A DNA stretch of 64,000 nucleotides from Minisyncoccota bacterium (GCA_041666915.1 JBAYFZ010000001.1:354508-418507); one strand, 5' to 3'; positions 29,249 to 38,329 are shown, counted from the stretch's first letter. Notes: generated by a model from the sequence alone, not told the origin. A program made the numbers and translations.

Positions 29249-29635
29249 ATGTTAGAAGGTCTAGAAGACACAATCACAGAGACCAACTTGTCAGCCGAGA
29301 GCAATGATATTTTTGAATTTAAAGATGAAGATGGTGATAAAAGTATCGGAGTTATCGTCGGAGAATATATCGTATTCGCAACAGAACAAATCGACGGAAA
29401 GTGGACTGTAAATTTTGCTTTAAAGGATGAATTAAAAGGTAGTTCATGGATGGATACTCTTACAAACAAAGGAGCGTTTTCTACGATAATTGAGCTTAAG
29501 CCAGCTTTTGAAAAAATAATTAATCAATTGGAAAAAGAGGGTAAAGATTGGTTTTGTGCTTGTGACGAAAGAAGAGCAAAGCTCTATGCCAGATACATCC
29601 CTAAAGAAAAAATTCAGATTGTCGATAAAACTTGA
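29249..29635 (+). CDS. hypothetical protein
   Basis: 128-aa ORF. Confidence 0.35.
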   Translation: MLEGLEDTITETNLSAESNDIFEFKDEDGDKSIGVIVGEYIVFATEQIDGKWTVNFALKDELKGSSWMDTLTNKGAFSTIIELKPAFEKIINQLEKEGKDWFCACDERRAKLYARYIPKEKIQIVDKT

Positions 29636-29743
29636 TTTAAACAAAATAATTCCTTGTCCACTTTTTGCCAGTTAACAATTCTGAACTCGTCCAACAGTTC
29701 TATTCATACTTGACAAACTCTACGGATATGATAAGATACCATA

Positions 29744-30096
29744 GTCGACGATAAGTGAGCTGGTTGTCGATACGGCCGAAAGGCAATGTAAATTAGCTCT
29801 CGGGGTTTGTATCCGTCAACGGGAGATACCCCTAAACGAACAGTTGATTTGGTACATCAAAAAAGTCGGCACTTGAGCATAAGCTCAGCCCATCATCGGC
29901 GCAAGCTCGTTAGTTATCTGATCCTGCGAGTAGCACCGGCAGAGGGCACTTTGCCGACACAAAAGAAAGAGTGGCACGATGTGCATGTCTAGCTTGCACG
30001 CCACAGGTTTGGTGGTACTTAGTCTCCACCCGATGAAGTACGCGACTTCATGAGTCAATTCGCCCGGAACCACCACTTTGGTTCCGGGCTTTTTTA
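29744..30096 (+). ncRNA. candidate structured ncRNA of unknown class
   Basis: Promoter TTGACA-16-TAAGAT at 29710-29737. A ~350-nt GC-rich ORF-free region ends in the terminator GCCCGGAACCACCACTTTGGTTCCGGGCTTTTTT. The small ORFs inside (29807-29992 and 29885-30076) look spurious. Confidence 0.4.
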
Positions 30097-30100
30097 TTTC

Positions 30101-30190
30101 CTCATGTCCTTCATAAACAACGACTGATTGTAAATTCCCTACATGTATTCCCTATCTGAGAATATGGTTATAATAATCTCATGTTCGGGG
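30101..30190. repeat. ~90-bp repeat R copy 1 (CTCATxxCTTTCATAAACAA...GTATTCCCTATCTGAGAATRTGGTTATRATAATCTCA)
   Basis: ~85% identical to copies at 32141-32230 and 34367-34455; each follows a rho-independent terminator. Confidence 0.75.
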
Positions 30191-30201
30191 ATGGCATACA
30201 A

Positions 30202-30897
30202 TTATTTTTCGTTATCGTGCATTACTTTCAATAAAAAGATGGTATCAGTCTTTAACTTTGCACGAGCAGAATCCTTCTGTGAATCAGTGATCAATTCACC
30301 AAGCCCATCTAAAATATGTTTATTATCCATTGACTCCAACATGGCAATACATTTCTCTAATGCTTCCTTATATGGAACTCCCGATCTTTCTTCCACAATC
30401 TTGCGGTTAATAGGCCAGTTATTTTTAGCAAAATACTGAACATCAAAAATATCACGACTTGTCTTACCGATTCGCTCAAACATTGCCATCAACTTATGTG
30501 CAAACATGTCTTCTTGGACCATTACGAGCATTGAGATGCCGAGATATGTTTTCATTTCATACTTTGAGCCAAGTTGGCGACGATTCACCTCAACCTTAAT
30601 TTTCTGAGCATTAGTATCATAAGAGATAACATTCTTTAAATTGAATCTCTGCATGTATGAATCAGTAATTTTGCCGTAATTACTTACAATCTTGTTTATT
30701 TTCTCAAAAACGTCCTTTTCTTTTGTCTCATCCAACAAATCAAGATCCAAATCTACAGAGTTTCTGGGCAAATCATAAAACATCATAGCTGCGGTACCAC
30801 CTTTGAATCCCAAATAAGGTGCAATAGAGGTATCAGAATAGATATCTTTTAAGATCTGTAACAAGATATTCTTATGTTTTGAGTAATCTAATGTCAT
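30202..30897 (-). CDS. abiEii: AbiEii/AbiGii-family nucleotidyltransferase toxin (type IV TA / abortive infection)
   Basis: LGFKGGTAAMMFYDLPRNSVDLDLDL matches the DUF1814/AbiEii signature. Confidence 0.75.
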   Translation of the reverse strand: MTLDYSKHKNILLQILKDIYSDTSIAPYLGFKGGTAAMMFYDLPRNSVDLDLDLLDETKEKDVFEKINKIVSNYGKITDSYMQRFNLKNVISYDTNAQKIKVEVNRRQLGSKYEMKTYLGISMLVMVQEDMFAHKLMAMFERIGKTSRDIFDVQYFAKNNWPINRKIVEERSGVPYKEALEKCIAMLESMDNKHILDGLGELITDSQKDSARAKLKTDTIFLLKVMHDNEK

Positions 30898-31478
30898 ATA
30901 ATTTTTTGATATTCTTTTACCTTCTTTTCTAAACGCTTGTTGTTATAAATTGGTAATATTTCCATCACCTTATTCCAATCCAATGAACGCAAATTATCAA
31001 AGTGATAATCTTTGCTTACATATACACGGTCTAAAAAGGCACGTTCACGTGATGCGGTGGCAATACCACTTGTATGTTCTATTCCCATTGAATTACTCAA
31101 AACGTAATCTTTCATCCGAACGAAAGTAATTTTTTGATCACCAATTGTAATTTCTCGATTCATGTATGATGCAACGAAAATATTTCCGTAATATTGGAAA
31201 TTTACCCCTTCACGAGTCAAAATGGTTTCAAAGCTAATATATGATGGGGTGTAGATACGAGTTGCTAATTCGAAACGATTGTAATTTTTATCTTTAGCAT
31301 AAAATCCTCTGTGAACTCTGATCAACTTTTCCGCTTTTACATAATAGTTCAAACGGACCCTAGCCGCTGATTCATTTTGTTCCCCCCACATCAAAACCAC
31401 ATCCTTTGTTGAAAAGATGGTCTGGGGTGATCTTAATAAGATCTCCAAAAATTCGCCTTTTGTGGGTTTATTATCCAT
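30894..31478 (-). CDS. abiEi: AbiEi-family antitoxin / transcriptional regulator
   Basis: KLIRVHRGFYA motif typical of AbiEi N-terminal domains; stop overlaps the abiEii start by 4 nt. Confidence 0.65.
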   Translation of the reverse strand: MDNKPTKGEFLEILLRSPQTIFSTKDVVLMWGEQNESAARVRLNYYVKAEKLIRVHRGFYAKDKNYNRFELATRIYTPSYISFETILTREGVNFQYYGNIFVASYMNREITIGDQKITFVRMKDYVLSNSMGIEHTSGIATASRERAFLDRVYVSKDYHFDNLRSLDWNKVMEILPIYNNKRLEKKVKEYQKII

Positions 31479-31595
31479 ATTGTTGCTGGAAGTTAGTTTT
31501 AACCTAACATCCAGTCACAATATTAGCATATTCTAAGAAAATCAACAATATGTGCACTAGATTAGTACTTCAGGCTAGAATTCAATAGATATATA

Positions 31596-31624
31596 TTGAC
31601 AGTATATCCTACATATGCTATAAT
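31596..31624 (+). promoter_or_regulatory. sigma-70-type promoter TTGACA-17-TATAAT
   Basis: Perfect -35 and -10 hexamers with 17-bp spacer, 39 bp upstream of the 31663 ORF. Confidence 0.6.
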
Positions 31625-31662
31625 CTACACGGAACAACAGAAACATTAACAAAAGGAACTTT

Positions 31663-32085
31663 GTGAAAACAATATTAGTCGGTATTTTCTTCATGAGCCA
31701 ATTGATTTTGGCTTTGGGACAAAATGATCCCACCGTACGGTATCCGGCCATCAACAATAATGTGTTCACGAATATGATTTCGTGGAACGCTCTTATGACC
31801 GACACTTATGCGTGGCCGATCATAGCAACCGAGGTCGTCGTCGATCAGCCAATACCTTCGAAGGTGTCATTGGAAATCTTCAAGATCCAGAATGACCCGG
31901 ATTACGGCAACGGCACCCTGGTAACCTCTACCAAGACGAACGAGGTGTGTCTAGTCCAGTCATCGGTTGACCTGAAAAACTGGACAATGGAGACGAATTC
32001 TCCGCTTGTCATAGCAGGCTATACCGCCTACTATTTCTATCCGGAAGATGGAGCGAAAGTAAAATTTTACCGGACACGCAATTGA
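31663..32085 (+). CDS. secreted hypothetical protein
   Basis: Signal peptide MKTILVGIFFMSQLILALG; 140 aa; followed by a terminator and R copy 2. Confidence 0.5.
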   Translation: MKTILVGIFFMSQLILALGQNDPTVRYPAINNNVFTNMISWNALMTDTYAWPIIATEVVVDQPIPSKVSLEIFKIQNDPDYGNGTLVTSTKTNEVCLVQSSVDLKNWTMETNSPLVIAGYTAYYFYPEDGAKVKFYRTRN

Positions 32086-32140
32086 GCGTAACCCGCCCGA
32101 ACAGAGAAACCCTCCGTTCACGGCGGGTTTTCTTTTTATA

Positions 32141-32230
32141 TTCTCATCACTTTCATAAACAACAACCGATTGTGCATCCCCTACATGTATTCCCTATCTG
32201 AGAATGTGGTTATGATAATCTCATGTTCAG
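32141..32230. repeat. ~90-bp repeat R copy 2
   Basis: See copy 1. It is preceded by the hairpin CCCGCCCGAACAGAGAAACCCTCCGTTCACGGCGGG+T-tract, itself reused at 38338. Confidence 0.75.
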
Positions 32231-32248
32231 GAAGCATAAGATTGTAAT

Positions 32249-32956
32249 TTAATCTTTCGGTTCATCCCAAAACTTATATTTCTTATTTTGGACTTCAACT
32301 AGTTTTTCTAACTTATTCCAATTTTGCTTTTTATTGCCTTCGTCAAACATCTTATTTACTTCTTCTCCACTTATACCAGCATACATACCAGATAAAACGT
32401 ATCTAACACCTTGATTATCATTTGGATTTAATTTGAGCAACAACCTATACAATTCAATAGCTTTTTCTTTTTCTCCTTCATCTCCATATATATCTGCCCT
32501 ATATTGAATAGCTCTCAAATAGGCTCTATTTTCTAAAACTCCCCACTCTATCTTTTTGGGCCATTTTGGAAACTTTTTCAAGACTTTATCAAAAGCTATC
32601 TTAATATTTTCTAGCGCCTTATTTTTATCCTTCGGACGTCCGTAAACTGAAACCAACCCAACATACGTCTGTACATAATCAGAATCCATTTCTTTTGCTT
32701 TTAGTAGCATCTTTTCGGCAGAATCATAATCGTCAACATTCAGTGCGTCCATGGCATCATAGTAAAGATCATTTTTATTTTGTACTCTCATAGCCATATG
32801 TCCATTCTTAATATTCTGCTTGTCAAAAGCTTCCATGAGACCATCAAATGAATCTGCTTTCCCATTTTTCATCGCCTGACAAATAGCACAATCATCAAAA
32901 CCCTTCCATTCGGCATTTTTCTTTTTTGTTTTTGGCTTTGATTTTGTCTTTTTCAT
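32249..32956 (-). CDS. hypothetical helical (TPR-like) protein
   Basis: 235 aa, Lys-rich N-terminus, repeated helical pairs. Confidence 0.4.
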   Translation of the reverse strand: MKKTKSKPKTKKKNAEWKGFDDCAICQAMKNGKADSFDGLMEAFDKQNIKNGHMAMRVQNKNDLYYDAMDALNVDDYDSAEKMLLKAKEMDSDYVQTYVGLVSVYGRPKDKNKALENIKIAFDKVLKKFPKWPKKIEWGVLENRAYLRAIQYRADIYGDEGEKEKAIELYRLLLKLNPNDNQGVRYVLSGMYAGISGEEVNKMFDEGNKKQNWNKLEKLVEVQNKKYKFWDEPKD

Positions 32957-33111
32957 ACAATTATTTTTCGTTTCTATGCCTTTTAATAAAAACTTTATTA
33001 GACCTAAATATTAGTATATTTTAAGAAAAACGACAATATAAATCTTGTGTGTACAAATGTTGCAGTGGATGTATAATAGTGTTAACTTATCAATCTAATC
33101 TCATCAATGCT

Positions 33112-33399
33112 ATGGTCGACAATCAAAACAATGAGGAACTCATAAAAAAAGCTGACATCCAAAAAATCGCTGAAAAAGGAAAGACTATATATGAGCAAAT
33201 AAAAGTGATCTATGATCCGAAGGAAAAGGGTAAGTTTTTGGCTATTGATGTTGATAGCGAGAAGGTTTATCTTGGAAAGACTAGTGCTGAGGCGGTAGTA
33301 CTCGCAAAACAAAATCATCCTAACAAAGTCTTCTATGTAGTAAAAATCGGTTTTGATGTCGCAGAAACGATGGCAAAGTCATTTCTGGAATACAAATAA
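33112..33399 (+). CDS. small hypothetical protein, translationally coupled to the downstream aspartic protease
   Basis: Start taken at the internal ATG at 33112, because a TGTATAAT -10 element lies inside the longer track ORF. Stop TAA at 33397-33399, one nt before the next ATG. Confidence 0.4.
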   Translation: MVDNQNNEELIKKADIQKIAEKGKTIYEQIKVIYDPKEKGKFLAIDVDSEKVYLGKTSAEAVVLAKQNHPNKVFYVVKIGFDVAETMAKSFLEYK

Positions 33400-33400
33400 T

Positions 33401-33766
33401 ATGATCAAAGGCGTCTTTACTGAAAACATGCCGCTTTTTCCGGTACTTGTAGCTTGGGGTCAATCCGTCCAGGCTCCTTTTGTAATTTTGGACACAGGAT
33501 TTACCGGTGATTTACAAGTCACACCAGAGATAGCAAAAGAATTGGGACTGAAAGTCACAGGTGTCATAAATGTTCGTATAGCCAACGGACAAGTCGTGGA
33601 GGTCCCCACGGCTTTGGCTTTCGCCGTGATGGAAGGCATGAAAAATTACATCGATGTTTTGATATCTGACAGTATGCCGCTCGCTGGTATTAGCTTTCTT
33701 TCAAAATTTAACTATAAGGCTATAGTTGACTGTAAATACAAAACGGTCAATCTTGAAAGGGTTTAG
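33401..33766 (+). CDS. retropepsin-like (clan AA) aspartic protease
   Basis: ILDTGFTGDL contains the D-T-G active-site triad in a hydrophobic context; size ~120 aa is typical of single-domain bacterial retropepsin-like proteases. Confidence 0.55.
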   Translation: MIKGVFTENMPLFPVLVAWGQSVQAPFVILDTGFTGDLQVTPEIAKELGLKVTGVINVRIANGQVVEVPTALAFAVMEGMKNYIDVLISDSMPLAGISFLSKFNYKAIVDCKYKTVNLERV

Positions 33767-33864
33767 TTGTATGGAACTTAGATAATCTATAACATACTCC
33801 AAATCAACCTAAAAATAATTGACACATGTTTCTAACTATGATTAGATAAAATCATAGTAGTTTT

Positions 33865-34311
33865 TTGACATACATGGATAGTGGCCTTAAAGAAGCCCTG
33901 GCAGTCCAAACAATCTGCCTAAATAAAGTAATTATGATAAACAAGAAACTGTCACGGACGAAAATGAAAACTATGAAATTCAAGAAAATACTAATATGGT
34001 CATTTATCAATGGCCAACCTCACAAACTATTAACAAAAGAGGAATCAAAAATCGCAAACACTATGGGCGTCCTTCATACACTTTTTCCTGGAATCAACTA
34101 TTACTCAACCTCTGGTTTCCACACTGCTGTAAGCACATGTGTTCAACCTGTTCTGGAGAAACTTTTCCCAGAACTTATCGGCACAAGAAACGATAGTATG
34201 ACTAGGGAGGATAAAGTGGAGATCAGTGTATTTCTTCCATCAAAAGGATATGAGTGGCAAGATAGCAAAGTATGGAGACGAAAGTTCGAAAAACTCTTGG
34301 CTACCAAATAA
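33865..34311 (+). CDS. hypothetical protein
   Basis: 148-aa ORF followed by the terminator CCCGCCCGAAC...GTTCGCGGCGGGTTTCTTTTTT and R copy 3. Confidence 0.35.
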   Translation: MTYMDSGLKEALAVQTICLNKVIMINKKLSRTKMKTMKFKKILIWSFINGQPHKLLTKEESKIANTMGVLHTLFPGINYYSTSGFHTAVSTCVQPVLEKLFPELIGTRNDSMTREDKVEISVFLPSKGYEWQDSKVWRRKFEKLLATK

Positions 34312-34366
34312 ATCCCCCGCCCGAACACGAAGCCCATCGCTTCAGTTCGCGGCGGGTTTCTTTTTT

Positions 34367-34455
34367 CTTCTCATCGCTTTCATAAACAATAACTGATTGT
34401 ACATCCTCTATATGTATTCCCTGTCTGAGAATGTGGTTATGATAATCTCAGGTTC
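34367..34455. repeat. ~90-bp repeat R copy 3
   Basis: See copy 1. Confidence 0.75.
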
Positions 34456-34630
34456 GGAAAGTGTTGCACTTCAGAGTGGAATTTTAGGAGCCAAGTTGAC
34501 AACATTGATTAAAAGATGTAATTTAAGTCTAAATTGCTCTAACAAAATTAAAACGAAGGTAAATTATGAAATCAGGAAGAAACGTCGCACTTGCGAACAA
34601 TGATAGATTTTTTCTCTTCATCGTATTCAA

Positions 34631-34984
34631 ATGATTGAAAAACTTGGTTTAACAGTGATATTTTGTAGGAACACAAAAGAAGTTCTTCAATCATTCGAAA
34701 AACCAGAAGACGAAAGACCTTTCCTTCTCATTACTGACAACCTACTTGCTCATGGTGGTGAATTTAAATCATCGGAAACAAATGGTGGAAGAGATACCGG
34801 TGTAGCTATATACAAAAAGTTACGCCTACAAGACCCACGGCTTCCAATCATCATACACACCATTGAAGATCGTACCATCCGAGAGCTTCAGGGACTTAAT
34901 GACCCATTTATGGTTGCAATCTATGACCGCGCTTCTAATTCAAAAGAAAAAATGCTTGAAGCAATAAAAAAATTCAACCATTGA
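34631..34984 (+). CDS. receiver (CheY-like) domain-like protein, possibly degenerate
   Basis: The LLITDNLL...PIIIHT...K layout resembles REC domains; it is preceded by a 22-codon ORF whose stop overlaps its ATG. Confidence 0.35.
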   Translation: MIEKLGLTVIFCRNTKEVLQSFEKPEDERPFLLITDNLLAHGGEFKSSETNGGRDTGVAIYKKLRLQDPRLPIIIHTIEDRTIRELQGLNDPFMVAIYDRASNSKEKMLEAIKKFNH

Positions 34985-35140
34985 GACTTCTGCGCGATTG
35001 ACCCTCCAGTAAAATGGAGGGTTTTTCTTTTACCCAAAACATACCTCATCCAAAAGTTCTAAAAATGTCCTACCAGACCCTGAATTGTCACTCTAATCGC
35101 AATCCTTGACAAACAACAACCAACATGCTATACTACCCTA

Positions 35141-35566
35141 GTCCTTCAAAGACGGACATCTAGTACAAAAACCCGCCGTGAAGATTATCATTATTGACAC
35201 GGCATAACGGCAAAAGAAAGGAGAATTGCTCCTCCAAACTGGAAAATTCGAAAAGCTAAGTAGTCTTAAAGGTAACAGCGATATTCTGCCCTTATTATGC
35301 GAATTGCGCATGTGCAACTAGCATCATATTAAGGGTAAGAAATAACTGTTACTGGCGGAACAAAAAGCGAGTACGAATGGACTGGGCGATCCACTTGAGA
35401 ATTTCTCTTTGGATCATAGGGGGGTTCGTCACATGACGTGAAAAAATGCGCTGACCGACAAGGTCACCTGGAGACAACCAGAGAAACCGTGTGGAAGGAA
35501 AACCACCGCAGTGTAACGCCACAAAAATTTCCATAGCTCGTCTTCAGGTGAAGACGAGTTTTTTTA
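35141..35566 (+). ncRNA. candidate ~425-nt ncRNA of unknown class
   Basis: Strong promoter TTGACA-17-TATACT (35106-35134) and terminator CTCGTCTTCAGGTGAAGACGAGTTTTTTT (35537-35566). No credible ORF between them; moderate GC with many hairpins. Confidence 0.45.
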
Positions 35567-35627
35567 TACCTGAAATAGGGTTAAACTCACGATAAAAATT
35601 TCTCATTAATATGTTAAAATTATAGCA

Positions 35628-36173
35628 ATGCAAGAATTTTATAATAAACACTCCAAAATTATTATTTTTGGCACTTTCGCCCTAGTAGCAATCATTGAAC
35701 TTCTCATGGGTCGCAATTTATGGTGCCCAGCTGGCGATATTTCTATTTGGTCAATTGATATAAATTCAATACACAATTCTCAACACCTTATTGACGCTTA
35801 TTCTTTGACCCACATTTCACACGGTATAATTTTCTTGATCCTACTTTCAATTATTCCCTATTTCAAAAAAAGTACTTTCTCAACTAAACTCCTAATCGCA
35901 GTATTTATAGAATCATTTTGGGAAATTATTGAAAATTCCAGCATCATCATAAACCGTTTTAGAGAATCAACAATTTCACTAGGTTACCTTGGAGATAGTA
36001 TTGCCAATTCATTATCTGATATCATATTCATGATGCTTGGCCTATGGATCGCTTCAAAGATGCCAACAAAATATGCATTTACCCTTGTAATCATATTTGA
36101 AATAGTCTGCTACCTACTTATACGTGACAATCTTATTCTAGAAATTATTCAAATTATTCATCCGTTAAAATAA
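35628..36173 (+). CDS. integral membrane protein, hypothetical
   Basis: 181 aa, ~5 TM helices. Confidence 0.45.
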   Translation: MQEFYNKHSKIIIFGTFALVAIIELLMGRNLWCPAGDISIWSIDINSIHNSQHLIDAYSLTHISHGIIFLILLSIIPYFKKSTFSTKLLIAVFIESFWEIIENSSIIINRFRESTISLGYLGDSIANSLSDIIFMMLGLWIASKMPTKYAFTLVIIFEIVCYLLIRDNLILEIIQIIHPLK

Positions 36174-36480
36174 TCATTCATGCAAAAAATTTCAACTCGC
36201 ATCTTCATCTGTGCTTCAATAGCTTTCGGAATTGTCGGTCTTTGCTTGGTCTTATTTGGTGGACAAAATGATAATGCCCCAGTCAACCAATTTATTATGA
36301 GATTACTTATGACTTGTGTCTTTATCATACTTCCATCTTTCGCACTGAGTGTTGCGGGTAAATATCTCAAATAGCAGGAAATTGAATCCGCCAATACTTT
36401 TCTTGCCTCAATCGCTTTTCTGTTGTAGAGTCGTAGAGTCACAATAGTCCTTTAACAACTCAACAAAGAAAGGAGCTTAT

Positions 36481-37254
36481 ATGCCCTTACTTCCCTATAT
36501 CGGTATTACCGATTTCACCAATTTCGAGCAAGTACAAAGGATGCTCGGAATAATGCACAAGCAAAAACCTAAAGATTCCAGGCGACAATTACATGTCGGT
36601 GTCATGATGAGCCGTAAAACGCTCAACAACATTGAAACAGAATGGTCAAAAGTTTTTCCACCAAAAGAGGTGATTGCTAGCATCTTTGGTTCTGGTGAAA
36701 CTTACAATTGTCTCCATTATGCTGACTATAAAAACAAAGTGTGGTTCTCCGGTGACCTGTCTAGAGCAATCGGTTACGGCGGTATCGGTATCAATGCTGT
36801 ACAACTGGACATGACATGGCCAGATCCAGGTCAAATCGCAGATGCTATACATACGTCACGAAAACAAATTGAAGTAATCCTTCAAATTGGCAGAGGTGCG
36901 ATTGAAGGAGCTAACAACAATCCTGCAGAGATTATTCAACGACTCAAGGATTACGAAGGAGTGATCCATCGTGTCTTGCTCGACAAGAGTATGGGACGAG
37001 GTATTTGTATAGACGCCACGGGACTCATTCCATTTATATCGGCAATCAAGAGGCAGTTTCCAGACCTTGGAATTACCGTTGCTGGTGGCCTCAACCATGA
37101 GACCTTATTCATGATTGAACCACTCATCAAAATGTTTCCTGATCTAAGCATTGATGCTCAAGGGAGACTTCGACCAAGTGGTAATCCTCTCGATCCGATT
37201 GACTGGGATATAGCAGAAAAATATCTCTCTAGAGCTTTGAGGCTCTTGAAGTAA
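36481..37254 (+). CDS. phosphoribosylanthranilate isomerase (TrpF)-like TIM-barrel protein
   Basis: Colinear blocks YIGITDF (KICGIT-like), HVGVMM (VGVF), AVQLD (QLHG), RVLLDKS.GRG (LLD..GGTG), ITVAGGLNHE (ILAGGL..eN). Confidence 0.45.
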   Translation: MPLLPYIGITDFTNFEQVQRMLGIMHKQKPKDSRRQLHVGVMMSRKTLNNIETEWSKVFPPKEVIASIFGSGETYNCLHYADYKNKVWFSGDLSRAIGYGGIGINAVQLDMTWPDPGQIADAIHTSRKQIEVILQIGRGAIEGANNNPAEIIQRLKDYEGVIHRVLLDKSMGRGICIDATGLIPFISAIKRQFPDLGITVAGGLNHETLFMIEPLIKMFPDLSIDAQGRLRPSGNPLDPIDWDIAEKYLSRALRLLK

Positions 37255-37407
37255 ATTATTTAAACAAAAAACCTATCTCGTGGTATACACCATGAGGCGG
37301 GTTTTCTTTTTTATAAATCCCCTATTTCTTTTACGTCATTTGACAACCAAATCCGAAAGTCATACTGTAGTACCAGTAGTTATTCAATAAAAAAGAAAGA
37401 TTAGATT

Positions 37408-37596
37408 ATGAAAAAGTTTTCTCAAATCCTCGGAAAAGCTGGCATTATGTTCGTGGCGGTCGGTTTCTTGTCCATGATACTAGCGATCTTCCACGCGATA
37501 ATACGCCTTGATACATATGTAATCGGACTAATACTGTTGATTGGAATAGTAATGGTAGCCGTATCACTATTCCTCGCTTCAAGGTTAAGGGGTTAA
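37408..37596 (+). CDS. small membrane protein
   Basis: 62 aa, two TM helices; terminator at 37654-37697. Confidence 0.4.
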   Translation: MKKFSQILGKAGIMFVAVGFLSMILAIFHAIIRLDTYVIGLILLIGIVMVAVSLFLASRLRG

Positions 37597-37716
37597 TGTG
37601 GATGCTGTAGAAGTGATATCAGAGTCCCCGCCTTCATCGCGCTAAAACATACGAAACCCGCACACAGAAACCTGTTGTACGGGTTTCTCTTTTTTATAAT
37701 GAAATTTTTCTCCCAT

Positions 37717-37745
37717 TTGACAAATACCACTAACGTGCTAATATA
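37717..37745 (+). promoter_or_regulatory. promoter TTGACA-16-TAATAT within a reused promoter module (TTTTTTATAATGAAAT...CATTTGACA)
   Basis: Similar modules occur near 37300 and 38380, upstream of small genes. Confidence 0.45.
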
Positions 37746-37816
37746 TTCCTAATTGCGTCAAAGTAACTTTGAGCAAGTGCACAAACTAAAAACAAAATAG
37801 AATACAAAGGTACGAT

Positions 37817-38329
37817 ATGAGTAAAAGCATTATAGCGTTAGCGGCCGAAGTCAATCTCTCAAAGGTAAAGCTTGAAACGGAAAAAATGGCCTCAGGCGAA
37901 GTGGCTGTCGGTGTAATGAGTAACGACCTGAAAAGATTGTTTTACCTATACAGCAAATCGGTAGACCTCCTGAACGGTATCAACCAAAAAATCAGAGAAA
38001 AAATGGCTGAACATGCCGAATCGCACAAAAAGGGTAACCCCCGCATCGAAAAATGTGCAAAACACTCGGCGGAAATGGATAAAATCGTGGCCGACAGGAA
38101 CGAGATTGCCATGAGACACGGGCAGCTGCATAACATTTTCTGGGGCGCTGTACGCATTGAATTCCCAGAGCTCTTGGATAAATGTACTATCAAGATCTGT
38201 GAGAATTTCACGGTGACCTACAAGAAAGAGAGTACACCAGCAGGAGTTACTGAAGAAATGCTCGCTATTCTGAAAGAGGCAATCCAACAAGCTCAGCAAA
38301 AACACAAGTCTAAATCATTCTCTCAGTAG
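37817..38329 (+). CDS. hypothetical coiled-coil protein
   Basis: 170-aa ORF with its own promoter and terminator (38338-38390). Confidence 0.4.
   Translation: MSKSIIALAAEVNLSKVKLETEKMASGEVAVGVMSNDLKRLFYLYSKSVDLLNGINQKIREKMAEHAESHKKGNPRIEKCAKHSAEMDKIVADRNEIAMRHGQLHNIFWGAVRIEFPELLDKCTIKICENFTVTYKKESTPAGVTEEMLAILKEAIQQAQQKHKSKSFSQ

Noticed and set aside
30143-30439. ORFs beginning MYSLSENMVIIISCSG (30143-30439) and MYILYMYSLSENVVMIISGS (34397-34603)
   Set aside because: Their shared N-termini are simply translations of the R repeat; the reading frames are an artefact of the repeat rather than paralogous genes.
24145-35566. Assigning the three ORF-free units to RNase P RNA, tmRNA, SRP RNA or 6S RNA
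   Set aside because: I found no AGGAAAGUCC/P4 pairing, no terminal tRNA-like domain, and no GGAAGCAGCC-type SRP domain IV by eye. Only weak partial matches were seen (e.g. GTTAAGAGTGCCGG vs GGUAAGAGCGCACC), so the class is left open.
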